Positions 1-8,701 of a stretch of 64,000 nucleotides of DNA are shown one piece after another. The stretch is from the NCBI GenBank assembly GCA_026396065.1, contig JAPLXO010000011.1, positions 10,748 to 74,747 on the forward strand. The letters are read 5' to 3'. The notes below the pieces were generated by a model. That model was not told the DNA's origin, searched no databases, and worked only from the letters and a program-made list of their open reading frames with translations. Source of the DNA: Candidatus Nomurabacteria bacterium. GTDB taxonomy: Bacteria; Patescibacteriota; Minisyncoccia; Phycocordibacterales; UBA9973. The position numbers and the translations under genes are program-made. Each line of letters opens with the position of its first letter. The first letter of the stretch is position 1.

Positions 1-107
1 GAAGAGTTCTTTTCCTGAAAAAATAAAAGATATACATATAAATACTAATTACCCTAAGTAATTTTTTGACTTAAAAATTTATATTTGTTAATATTAGAGT
101 ACATCCA

Positions 108-329
108 ATGAGTGATTCAAAAAATGATAAAATTTTGACAGCAAAAGGTCAGGTGACTGAAGCGTTACCTAGTACTCTTTTTAGAGTAATGATGGATGAT
201 GAAAAAGAAATTCTTGCTTATTTAGGTGGCAAGATGAGAATGAATAGAATTAAAGTTTTGATAGGTGATCATGTTGAAGTCGTCCTCGATCCTTATGGAG
301 GAAAGGGTAGGATAACAAAAAGGTTGTAA
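108..329 (+). CDS. infA: Translation initiation factor IF-1
   Basis: GQVTEALPSTLFRV...LAYLGGKMRMNRIKVLIGDHVEV, S1-like IF-1 signature; upstream of alpha operon. Confidence 0.97.
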   Translation: MSDSKNDKILTAKGQVTEALPSTLFRVMMDDEKEILAYLGGKMRMNRIKVLIGDHVEVVLDPYGGKGRITKRL

Positions 330-430
330 TTTTTTTTGCAATAGTGTATAATGGATTTATCAAAGTTTAAATAGTAAAAAAGACCATGGAATAAGGGTTA
401 TTTCCCTTATTTTTGTCTTGTATCGAAAAT

Positions 431-541
431 ATGAAATTAAAATCAGCAGTACAAAAAATTTGTGATAATTGTAAAATCGTAAGACGTCAAAGACATCTAC
501 GAGTTATTTGTACAAACCCTAAACATAAACAAAAACAATAA
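431..541 (+). CDS. rpmJ: 50S ribosomal protein L36 (not in ORF track)
   Basis: Own translation: [36 protein letters not shown], CxxC...CxxxxH zinc form; between infA and rpsM. Confidence 0.97.
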   Translation: MKLKSAVQKICDNCKIVRRQRHLRVICTNPKHKQKQ

Positions 542-545
542 TTAT

Positions 546-926
546 ATGAGAATATTAGGTATCACAGTTCCAAATGAAAAGAGATTAGAAATTGGTTTAA
601 CATGCCTATTTGGTATTGGTATTCCAATGGCTCGTAGAATTTTAAAACAAGTTAAAATTGATGCAGGAGTTAAAGCAAAAGATCTTACTCCAGAAGAAGA
701 AAATAAAATTCGTGCAGTTATTGAAGCAATGACTATCGAAGGTAATCTAAAAAGAGAGGTTTCATCAAATATAAAAAGATTAAAAGATATAAAAAGCTAT
801 CGAGGAACTCGTCACATGAAACGCCTTCCAGTTCGCGGACAACGAACAAAGACAAATTCTAGAACAGTACGAGGTAATGTCAGAAAGACAATGGCATCAG
901 GAAGAAGAAAGGAAAGTAAGACATAA
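546..926 (+). CDS. rpsM: 30S ribosomal protein S13
   Basis: LPVRGQRTKTNSRT motif; operon position. Confidence 0.98.
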   Translation: MRILGITVPNEKRLEIGLTCLFGIGIPMARRILKQVKIDAGVKAKDLTPEEENKIRAVIEAMTIEGNLKREVSSNIKRLKDIKSYRGTRHMKRLPVRGQRTKTNSRTVRGNVRKTMASGRRKESKT

Positions 927-933
927 AATAAAA

Positions 934-1365
934 ATGGCTAAAACAACAAAAACAACAGAAGAAAAAGTAGAGACTCCAGCTGAAGTAAAATCAGCTCCTT
1001 CAAAGATTCCAAAAAAGAAATTAACTTCTGGTATTTTATACATTGATGCAACTTTTAATAACACAAAAGTAATGTTTGCAGATAAATCAGGCAATGCAAT
1101 TTTCTGGTCATCAACTGGGGCTTTAGGTTTTAAGGGTGCAAAGAAAGGTACTCCATTTGCTGCTTCAAAAGCAGGTGATGTTGTTGGAGATAAAGCACAA
1201 ACACTCGGTATAAAAGAAGCAGATGTTGTTGTCCGTGGAGTAGGTAGTGGACGTGAACCAGCAATTCGTGCATTTATGGCTCATAATATAGAAATTACTT
1301 CAATTAAAGATGCCACACCTGTTCCGCATAATGGTCCAAAAGCAAAGAAACCACGAAGAGTTTAG
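934..1365 (+). CDS. rpsK: 30S ribosomal protein S11 (start moved to ATG 934)
   Basis: ATFNNT, GFKGAKKGTPFAA, GSGRE, DATPVPHNG motifs. Confidence 0.97.
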   Translation: MAKTTKTTEEKVETPAEVKSAPSKIPKKKLTSGILYIDATFNNTKVMFADKSGNAIFWSSTGALGFKGAKKGTPFAASKAGDVVGDKAQTLGIKEADVVVRGVGSGREPAIRAFMAHNIEITSIKDATPVPHNGPKAKKPRRV

Positions 1366-1395
1366 AAGATAAAAGTTAGAAAGTTAAAAAATATT

Positions 1396-1992
1396 ATGAT
1401 TTCAAAACCAAAATTTAAGATTTGTAAAAGATTAGGAGCAGGAGTTTATGACAAGTGTCAGACTTCTAAATTTGTTACTGCACCAAAAGGTAAAAAAGGT
1501 GCTCGTCCAAAAGCTCTTTCTGAATTCGGTTCTCAGCTTATTGAAAAACAAAAAATTCGTTTTTCTTATGGTATATCAGAACGTCAACTTTCTAATTATG
1601 TAGAGAATGCAATGAAAACAAAAGGTCAAGGTACTGCCGATAAACTATACGAGAGACTTGAAGCTCGCCTAGATAATGTAGTTTACCGTATGGGTCTTGC
1701 AAATTCTAGAGCATTCGCTCGTCAGATGGTCTCCCACGGACACTTTGTAGTTAATGGACACAAAGTAACTATTCCATCCTATGAAACAAAAATAGGAGAT
1801 GCTATAAGTATCAGAGAGGGTAGTAAGGGAAAAAAATTATTTGAAGGTTTAACTGAAAGACTAAAAGAATATAACGCTCCAAAATGGGTAGCATTCTCTC
1901 CAGAAAAAGCAGAAGGAAAAGTTTTAGACAAGCCAAAAAATACTGAAACATTCCTCGATATAAACGCCGTTTTAGAATTCTACAGTCGTTAA
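1396..1992 (+). CDS. rpsD: 30S ribosomal protein S4
   Basis: LEARLDNVVYRMG, ARQMVSHGH, C-terminal EFYSR. Confidence 0.98.
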   Translation: MISKPKFKICKRLGAGVYDKCQTSKFVTAPKGKKGARPKALSEFGSQLIEKQKIRFSYGISERQLSNYVENAMKTKGQGTADKLYERLEARLDNVVYRMGLANSRAFARQMVSHGHFVVNGHKVTIPSYETKIGDAISIREGSKGKKLFEGLTERLKEYNAPKWVAFSPEKAEGKVLDKPKNTETFLDINAVLEFYSR

Positions 1993-2064
1993 TTAAATTA
2001 TTTCGTTAGCCGTTTAGTTTTACATTATTAAGTTTTAAATTTAAAAGTAATTTTTATAAAAAAC

Positions 2065-3051
2065 ATGCTTGAATACAATATAATCTTACCTTCTAAGCCA
2101 AGAGTTGTCTCAGAAGAAAATAATAAAGGAGTATATGAAATCGACGGTTTTTATCCAGGATATGGCCATACACTTGGCAATAGTCTTCGCAGGATAATTC
2201 TTTCCTCTCTTCCAGGTGCAGCTATAACATCTATTAAAATAGATGGTGTAAGTCATGAATTTTCCACAATTGATGGTATCAAAGAAGATGTTATTGTAAT
2301 GATTCTAAATTTAAAAAAGACTCGTTTTAAAATATCTTCCGATGAAGCTCAAACTGTAACTCTTTCTGTAAAAGGTCCTAAAATAGTAACAGCAGCAGAT
2401 ATCTCTACTGGTGGACAAGTCGAAATTTTAAATCCAGAACAACAAATTTGTGAAATTACCGGTAAAGTTAATTTAAATATTGAATTACATATTGAGAAAG
2501 GTCTTGGTTTTGTTCCAAAAGAAGTTATTCAAAAAGAAAAAGTAGAGATTGGCACTATAGCTGTAGATGCTATTTTTACACCTATTCGTCGTATTTCTTA
2601 TGAAGTAGAAAATATGCGCGTAGGAGATAAAACAAACCACAACCGTCTACGAATTGCAATTGAAACAAACGGTACACTTACTCCTCGTGAAGCACTTACT
2701 CGTTCTATTGAAATAATGATTGAACAATTAAAAGCAATTGTTGATTTTAAAGATCCAGTAGAAGAAGTAAAGGTTGAAAAGAAATCTGCTAAAGCTGCAG
2801 AAGAAAAGTCTACATCTTCCGAAGAAGAAAAAGGTGGTGAAGATTTTAGTGATGTATTAAAGACTCGTACAGACAACCTTGATCTTTCTACAAGAACTTT
2901 GAATGCTCTTACAAATGCAAATGTTCGCACATTAGGTGGTCTTGCACGTAAGAGAAAAGAAGATTTATTAGAAATAGAAGGTATGGGTGAAAAAGGTATT
3001 ACTGAAATAAAGAAAGTATTAAGTAAATTCGGTTTAAATTTGAAAGACTAA
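2065..3051 (+). CDS. rpoA: RNA polymerase alpha subunit
   Basis: GYGHTLGNSLRRIILSSLPG, HEFSTIDGIKEDV, alpha-CTD LSTRTLNAL. Confidence 0.98.
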   Translation: MLEYNIILPSKPRVVSEENNKGVYEIDGFYPGYGHTLGNSLRRIILSSLPGAAITSIKIDGVSHEFSTIDGIKEDVIVMILNLKKTRFKISSDEAQTVTLSVKGPKIVTAADISTGGQVEILNPEQQICEITGKVNLNIELHIEKGLGFVPKEVIQKEKVEIGTIAVDAIFTPIRRISYEVENMRVGDKTNHNRLRIAIETNGTLTPREALTRSIEIMIEQLKAIVDFKDPVEEVKVEKKSAKAAEEKSTSSEEEKGGEDFSDVLKTRTDNLDLSTRTLNALTNANVRTLGGLARKRKEDLLEIEGMGEKGITEIKKVLSKFGLNLKD

Positions 3052-3070
3052 AATAATATTATAAATTTTT

Positions 3071-3424
3071 ATGAGACACTCTAATAAAACAAAAAAATTC
3101 GGAAGAGAAAAAACACAACGTCATGCATTGATGCATTCTTTGGCATTAAATTTAATTGTTCGTGAAAAAATAAAGACAACAGAACCAAAAGCAAAAGCTC
3201 TTCGCCCATTTATTGAAAAATTAGTTACTCTAGCAAAAAAAGGAGATCTTGCTTCACGCCGTGTTGTTATTTCTCGTCTTACAAACCGAAGCAAAGAAGT
3301 TAAAAAACTTTTTGAAGTTATTGCACCAAAATACACTGATAAAAAAGGTGGATATACAAGAATTATAAAATTAGGAGCACGAAAGAGTGATGCCGCACCA
3401 ATGGCTGTCATTGAATTTGTATAA
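3071..3424 (+). CDS. rplQ: 50S ribosomal protein L17
   Basis: MRH start, IKTTEPKAK, GGYTRIIKLG..DAAPMAVIEFV. Confidence 0.98.
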   Translation: MRHSNKTKKFGREKTQRHALMHSLALNLIVREKIKTTEPKAKALRPFIEKLVTLAKKGDLASRRVVISRLTNRSKEVKKLFEVIAPKYTDKKGGYTRIIKLGARKSDAAPMAVIEFV

Positions 3425-3430
3425 AAATAT

Positions 3431-3799
3431 ATGGAAACAAAAATTACAAAAACAGAAGAAAAGACAATAGATGCATCAGGTAGAACACTCGGTAGAGTTG
3501 CTAGTGAGGCAGCTATGCATTTGATGGGTAAGACATCAGCTAAATTCCAGAGGCATGTTTTTTCTGGTCTTCCTGTAAAAGTGATAAATGCTTCAAAAAT
3601 AAAAATTACAGCAAAGAAACTTCAGGAAATTCAACATACAAGATATTCTGGATATCCAGGAGGATTAACAATTATAAAAGGTAAAGAAACTCTAGAAAAA
3701 AAAGGAATGAAAGAATTAGTGAAGCTTGCAATATACCAAATGCTTCCAGACAATAAATTACGAAGAAAAATGATGTTAGGTTTAAAGATAATAGATTAA
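3431..3799 (+). CDS. rplM: 50S ribosomal protein L13 (short form)
   Basis: IDASGRTLGRVAS, VINASKI, YSGYPGGL, MLP motifs. Confidence 0.95.
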   Translation: METKITKTEEKTIDASGRTLGRVASEAAMHLMGKTSAKFQRHVFSGLPVKVINASKIKITAKKLQEIQHTRYSGYPGGLTIIKGKETLEKKGMKELVKLAIYQMLPDNKLRRKMMLGLKIID

Positions 3800-3818
3800 T
3801 TTTAATAAGAATAAAGAA

Positions 3819-4217
3819 ATGACAAAAGAAAGATACATAGAAGCTATAGGACGAAGAAAAACATCTACTGCTAGAGTACGTATTTTTGAATCTGCAAAAC
3901 CAACTTTCATTATCAATGGTAAAGATGCAAAAGACTATTTTAAGACAGAAGTAGAAAAAGGTATCGTTATGGATGCTATTGTAAAAGGTAAACCAGCAAA
4001 GAAATTTTCTTTTGAAGTAAAAGTTTCAGGTGGAGGTACTCATTCTCAAGCTGAAGCTATCCGTCATGGTCTTACTCGTGCCCTTGTCTCTGATCAGCCA
4101 GATCTTCGTGTTTCTGTAAAGAAGCTCGGTTTCTTAAAACGTGATCCTAGAGCAAAAGAACGCCGTAAATTCGGACTCAAGAAAGCTCGTAAGGCTCCAC
4201 AGTGGAGTAAGCGTTAA
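3819..4217 (+). CDS. rpsI: 30S ribosomal protein S9
   Basis: GRRKTSTARV, RDPRAKERRKFGLKKARKAPQWSKR. Confidence 0.98.
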   Translation: MTKERYIEAIGRRKTSTARVRIFESAKPTFIINGKDAKDYFKTEVEKGIVMDAIVKGKPAKKFSFEVKVSGGGTHSQAEAIRHGLTRALVSDQPDLRVSVKKLGFLKRDPRAKERRKFGLKKARKAPQWSKR

Positions 4218-4222
4218 TTATT

Positions 4223-4250
4223 CAAAAATCCCCTTATATGGGGATTTTTG
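4223..4250 (+). terminator. Intrinsic terminator after rpsI
   Basis: caaaaatcccc-ttatat-ggggatttttg hairpin followed by T-rich tract. Confidence 0.85.
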
Positions 4251-4368
4251 TTTGACTTTATTCTTTTAATATGTTAAATTTTCTTTAATTAATTTTGGTT
4301 CTTGGAGAGTAGTTTTGTTAGTTTTCACAGGAGATTTATATCTTTTGTGAAAACTAACAAAAACTACG

Positions 4369-4713
4369 ATGAAAAAAAGAAAAAGAAAAACAAAAACAAA
4401 AAAAGAAAAATTTGAATTGTTGGAAAAACAATTTCAAAAAGATTTCAAAGAAAAAGGCAATCCTTTTTCCTGTAAAGTAATTTTTAAAAAACCAGGAGCA
4501 GTGGAATATGTATCCAAGACTTGTCTTGAAGATGCAATTCTATTTACCCAGAGTTCTAATCAACTGAACCTATGGGAAACCCTTTTAAAAAGAAGTGATT
4601 TATCAGGAGAGCAAAGAATCAAAATTTCAAAATCTTTTGAGTCTTTGAAAGAAAACGGCAATCTTTTTAATTTAAAAGCTGTTTTTACAGGTAAGTTACT
4701 TATCTACCAATGA
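4369..4713 (+). CDS. Hypothetical basic protein (ORFan-like)
   Basis: 114 aa ORF with own TTGACT/TAAATT promoter-like signal, long leader hairpin 4309-4367 and hairpin 4714-4740 downstream. Confidence 0.55.
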   Translation: MKKRKRKTKTKKEKFELLEKQFQKDFKEKGNPFSCKVIFKKPGAVEYVSKTCLEDAILFTQSSNQLNLWETLLKRSDLSGEQRIKISKSFESLKENGNLFNLKAVFTGKLLIYQ

Positions 4714-4769
4714 AAGTCCTTAATAATATAGGACTTTTTTTGTTGCTTTTTTTATGCTAAAATGACTTT

Positions 4770-5378
4770 ATGAGTGAAGAAAATGAAGAGATAGTACAAC
4801 AAAATACTCAAATTCCAGCAAAATTTCCTGATGAAGTTACAGACGATAGTGAAGTCGTCGAATTTGAATTCAATGAAGACGGGGAAGAAGATTTAAAGAA
4901 AACATTAAAGAAACTCCGAGCGGATTTGAAGCAGGCGAAGGCCGAAAAGGAAGAATACCTCACTGGCTGGCAGAAAGAGCGAGCGGGTTTTGTGAATTAT
5001 AGAAAAGAAGAGGAGGATAGAAATACTAATTTTAAAAATATTATTCAAGAAAGAATGATGGATAAGTTTCTCTCTGTAATGGATAGCTTTGATATGGCTT
5101 TTGCAAATAAAACTGCTTGGGAGAAAGTAGATGCGAATTGGCGCACTGGTGTGGAATATATTTATAATCAAATGAACAGTGTGTTCGAAGAGTACGGCGT
5201 ACAAGCCATAGGCAAAGTCGGCGAAAAGTTTAATCCAGAACTTCATCAATCAGTGGAGCATGTAGTTACTGACGATCAATCAAAAGATGACACCATCGCC
5301 ATAGTTCTACAAAAAGGCTACAAATTAAAAGATAAAGTTCTCCGCCCAGCACGAGTGAATGTGTTTGGGTTTAAATAA
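4770..5378 (+). CDS. grpE: Nucleotide exchange factor GrpE
   Basis: GWQKERAGFVNYRK, GEKFNPELHQSV, QKGYKLKDKVLRPARVNV. Confidence 0.96.
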   Translation: MSEENEEIVQQNTQIPAKFPDEVTDDSEVVEFEFNEDGEEDLKKTLKKLRADLKQAKAEKEEYLTGWQKERAGFVNYRKEEEDRNTNFKNIIQERMMDKFLSVMDSFDMAFANKTAWEKVDANWRTGVEYIYNQMNSVFEEYGVQAIGKVGEKFNPELHQSVEHVVTDDQSKDDTIAIVLQKGYKLKDKVLRPARVNVFGFK

Positions 5379-5414
5379 TTGCTTTTTTATTTAAAAATGT
5401 TATTATCTGTTTTA

Positions 5415-5616
5415 GATAAAGCAACATCGTGAAGTACGGTGCTTGCTGTTGCAAAACAGTGACGGTTCGATTCCGTCTCCTCGGTACATAATAAAAGTAT
5501 AGTTAATAGTATGGAGTCTAGGTGGGAGATTATGATGTGGCTTTCTGACAATAAGTTTGCTGAATCGTGTTTTGAGAAACCACCCTCTTTCAAGAAATTA
5601 TTGTGTATGCTTTATC
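5415..5616 (+). ncRNA. Candidate structured ncRNA (rod-like, possibly 6S-like, with extra T-loop domain)
   Basis: Promoter TTGCTT 5379 / TG-TATTAT 5401; closing stem gataaagca 5415-5423 with tgctttatc 5608-5616; second stem 5485-5494 with 5598-5607; T-loop hairpin gacggTTCGATTccgtc; terminator follows. Confidence 0.55.
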
Positions 5617-5621
5617 GCTTT

Positions 5622-5655
5622 TCGTCACTGTTTAATTACAGTGACGATTTTTTAT
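5622..5655 (+). terminator. Intrinsic terminator after ncRNA candidate
   Basis: tcgtcactgt-ttaatt-acagtgacga followed by T-run. Confidence 0.75.
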
Positions 5656-5664
5656 TTCTCAAAA

Positions 5665-5780
5665 CCCCCACCCCTGACCCCTCCCCATTTTTTATAAAAA
5701 TAGAGAGGGGAATTTGGATTTCTCCCTTCTCTAAAATCTTCAAATTTTAGAGAAGGGTTGGGGATGAGGATGGGTGAGGT
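5665..5780. repeat. Inverted pair of REP-like CCCTCTCC..GGAGAGGG-TTGGGGTGAGG palindromic elements
   Basis: Two hairpins (cccctcccc..agagagggg; cccttctctaaaat..attttagagaaggg-ttggggatgagg); related copies at 20351 and 23776. Confidence 0.7.
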
Positions 5781-5835
5781 TATTAAAATAAAAATTGTTA
5801 ACAAACTCAGCGATAGCAGAAAATGTTAACAATTT

Positions 5836-6342
5836 TTATTTTCCGAATGTTTCAAATAAAACTTTTTTAGTTTCGTCATCCACAAATTGTGTGACGATAA
5901 TCATCATCTCTGTCGTGAGGCCGAGGTCTTTTTTAATATTTATAAATAAGTGTTCGAAAGGGTAGGGAGAAATCCATGCAGAATTTTTCAGACAGACGAA
6001 TCCAGCTTTTTTGAGGAGGTATCGCAAACTCTCGCGCTCGCTTTTGCGAGCTTCAGGAAGATCGAGTAAAATAATTCTCCAAAATCCATCCCAAGAAGAT
6101 GATACGAGAGTGGTATCGCTATCGAGCTTCAAACTGTGCATTTTCTTTTTTCCTTCTTTCGTCAGGCGAGCGTAGTCATTCTGCCCACTAGAAATATGCT
6201 CCACCAGCCCTGCTTCACGTAGATTTTTTAGTGAGCGGGTGAGTGCGTATTTTTCATTTATTGGGCCGTCTACGAGGGAATTGACCGCTACAGCGCTCTT
6301 TTCGCCTAGTATTTTAATGATTTTTTTAGTATGGCTTGACAT
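5836..6342 (-). CDS. PaaX-family transcriptional regulator (wHTH plus Cas2-like ferredoxin fold)
   Basis: ARLTKEGKK wHTH wing, WDGFWRIILLDLPE..RESLRYLLKKAGF..LKNSAWISPY. Confidence 0.8.
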   Translation of the reverse strand: MSSHTKKIIKILGEKSAVAVNSLVDGPINEKYALTRSLKNLREAGLVEHISSGQNDYARLTKEGKKKMHSLKLDSDTTLVSSSWDGFWRIILLDLPEARKSERESLRYLLKKAGFVCLKNSAWISPYPFEHLFINIKKDLGLTTEMMIIVTQFVDDETKKVLFETFGK

Positions 6343-6460
6343 GCTTATAGGTTATCATATATACTCTTTTTTGCAACTATTCCGCGACCACGAAATACTT
6401 GCAAAATTATTAAGGCTTGTATATAATAGGTTTATTAGTAGTAAAAATTTTAAAAATTAT

Positions 6461-6703
6461 ATGTCAAAAGAACAAATAAAAACTACTCCTGAAAAAAAGA
6501 TTTCCAATGAAATAAAAGAAATGTTTGAAAATATAAATGAAACTCATTTTAATCAAGTTAAGACTGCATTGAAAGGAAAACCTAAACCAAATTTAGATTA
6601 TTATGATAACAGAAGAGACGAAGACGGTCAGTATGAGGCTAAATATGGAATAGATTACAAAAATGAAGATATAGAAAAAAAAGATGAAGGTTTGCTAAAT
6701 TAA
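6461..6703 (+). CDS. Small hypothetical protein (start at ATG 6461)
   Basis: MSKEQIKTTPEKK..., downstream of TTGCAA/TATAAT promoter (6399-6427); hydrophilic. Confidence 0.5.
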   Translation: MSKEQIKTTPEKKISNEIKEMFENINETHFNQVKTALKGKPKPNLDYYDNRRDEDGQYEAKYGIDYKNEDIEKKDEGLLN

Positions 6704-6741
6704 AATTATTAATCATTAACAATTAATCAAATAAAAAATAT

Positions 6742-8637
6742 ATGTCAAAAATAATAGGAATAGATTTGGGTACTACAAATAGTGCGGTTGCGATTATCGA
6801 AGGAGGACAACCAAAAATAATAGAAAATATCGAAGGAGCGAGAACAACTCCGAGTATTGTTTCTGTTGCAAAAAACGGAGATCGTCTCGTCGGCCTTCTT
6901 GCGAAGCGTCAGGCGGTGACGAATCCAGAAAATACCGTCTACGGTATCAAGCGTTTTATGGGTCACAATTTTGAAGATCCAGAAGTGCAAAAGGACTTGA
7001 AGAATGCTTCATTTAAATTGCAAAAAGGAAAAGACGGCGGAGTAGAAGTAATGATTGGCGACAAATGGATGCGCCCAGAAGAAATCTCTGCGATGATTTT
7101 AACTAAAATAAAAACAGACGTCGAAGCAAAGATCGGAGAAAAAATCACTGAAGCTGTTATTACAGTTCCAGCATATTTCAACGATGCACAAAGAAAAGCT
7201 ACAAAGGATGCAGGTATGATCGCAGGACTCGATGTAAAAAGAATCATCAACGAGCCGACAGCGGCAGCCCTCGCTTATGGTTTCAATAAAAAGAAAAATG
7301 AAAAGATCGTCGTGTATGACTTTGGAGGAGGAACTTTCGATGTATCAGTTCTCGAAATCGGTGACGATGTTATCGAAGTAAAATCAACAGATGGCGACAG
7401 TCACCTCGGAGGTCGTGATATAGATCACAAGATTATTGCTTGGATCGCAGAAGAATATAAAAAGACTTCTGGCGTAGATGTTCGTAACGACAAATTGGCC
7501 TTGCAACGCCTCGATGAAGCTGCTGAAAAGGCTAAAATCGAGCTTTCTACTGCTATTGAAAGTGAAATCAACATTCCTTTCATCACTTCTACTGCAGAAG
7601 GTCCACAGCACTTATTGCTCAAAATGACTCGTGCACAACTCGAATCAATTGCCGATGAATATATCACTCGTTCTATCGAAATCACAAAAAGAGCAATGAC
7701 TGCTTCTGGTTTCAAAATGGAAGACATGAATGAAATCATAATGGTCGGAGGACAAACAAGAATGCCAAAGATTGTCGAAGAAGTGAAAAAAGTTTTTGGA
7801 AAAATGCCAAACCTCTCTATCAATCCAGATGAAGTCGTCGCCCTCGGTGCTGCAGTGCAAGCCGGAGTATTGCAAGGTGATGTGCGTGATGTTTTACTCC
7901 TCGATGTTATTCCACTTTCACTAGGTATCGAGACACTCGGAGGTGTGGCTACAAAATTAGTCGAGAGAAATACTACTATTCCATCTAGTAAATCACAGAC
8001 ATTTTCTACGGCAGCTGACAATCAAACAAGTGTAGAAATTCACATCGTGCAGGGTGAGAGACCAATGGCTTCAGATAATAAAAGTTTAGGACGATTTATT
8101 TTGGACGGAATTCCACCAGCACCGCGTGGTATGCCACAAGTCGAAGTTTCTTTTGATGTTGATGCAAACGGAATTCTAAATGTCACTGCAAAAGATAAAG
8201 CTTCAGGTAAAACTCAAACAATTAAAATCGAAGCAAGTTCAGGATTGAAAGATGAAGACATAAAGAAGATGCAAGCTGATGCAGAAATGCATGCTGAAGA
8301 AGATGCAAAGAAAAAAGAATTGGCAGAAATTAAAAATTCTTGTGAAATGACTATTTACTCTGCAGAAAAAGCTTTGAAGGACAATGAAGCGAAAATTCCT
8401 GCAGATGTAAAAGATGGTGTGAATGCAAAAATTACAGCACTTCGCGGGTTGAAAGACGGTACAGATATGGAAGCTATCAAAAAAGCCCTCGAAGAACTTT
8501 CAGCCGAAATGTCCAAGATCGGTGAAGCTATGAGTAAAGCCGGCGAGCAAGCTCCAGCCGGAGGTGCACCCGAAGAACAAGCTACCGAAGTCAAGGGCGA
8601 AGAAGTAAAGCCAGAAGGTGAAGAGCCTAAAGCATAA
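6742..8637 (+). CDS. dnaK: Hsp70 chaperone DnaK
   Basis: [36 protein letters not shown]. Confidence 0.99.
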   Translation: MSKIIGIDLGTTNSAVAIIEGGQPKIIENIEGARTTPSIVSVAKNGDRLVGLLAKRQAVTNPENTVYGIKRFMGHNFEDPEVQKDLKNASFKLQKGKDGGVEVMIGDKWMRPEEISAMILTKIKTDVEAKIGEKITEAVITVPAYFNDAQRKATKDAGMIAGLDVKRIINEPTAAALAYGFNKKKNEKIVVYDFGGGTFDVSVLEIGDDVIEVKSTDGDSHLGGRDIDHKIIAWIAEEYKKTSGVDVRNDKLALQRLDEAAEKAKIELSTAIESEINIPFITSTAEGPQHLLLKMTRAQLESIADEYITRSIEITKRAMTASGFKMEDMNEIIMVGGQTRMPKIVEEVKKVFGKMPNLSINPDEVVALGAAVQAGVLQGDVRDVLLLDVIPLSLGIETLGGVATKLVERNTTIPSSKSQTFSTAADNQTSVEIHIVQGERPMASDNKSLGRFILDGIPPAPRGMPQVEVSFDVDANGILNVTAKDKASGKTQTIKIEASSGLKDEDIKKMQADAEMHAEEDAKKKELAEIKNSCEMTIYSAEKALKDNEAKIPADVKDGVNAKITALRGLKDGTDMEAIKKALEELSAEMSKIGEAMSKAGEQAPAGGAPEEQATEVKGEEVKPEGEEPKA

Positions 8638-8644
8638 AAACTAA

Positions 8645-8675
8645 CAAAAAAAAGCTCAAAAGAGCTTTTTTTTGT
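8645..8675 (+). terminator. Terminator after dnaK
   Basis: caaaaaaaagctc-aaaa-gagcttttttttg. Confidence 0.8.
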
Positions 8676-8701
8676 TTTTAGTAACTGATATAATAAAACC
8701 T

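Noticed and set aside
5421-5490. tRNA gene (T-loop GGTTCGATTCC, GCA near a loop)
   Set aside because: No 7 bp acceptor stem, no 7 nt anticodon loop, no variable region or CCA; kept only as part of the ncRNA candidate
5511-5750. 79 aa ORF
   Set aside because: Runs through the predicted RNA structure, terminator and REP-like hairpins; no recognisable protein features
5836-6342. CRISPR Cas2 / CRISPR system
   Set aside because: N-terminal wHTH indicates PaaX-like regulator; no cas1 or repeat-spacer array in the window
6745-8594. Antisense ORFs in dnaK and similar shadow ORFs elsewhere
   Set aside because: Mirror frames of well-conserved genes, explained by codon bias
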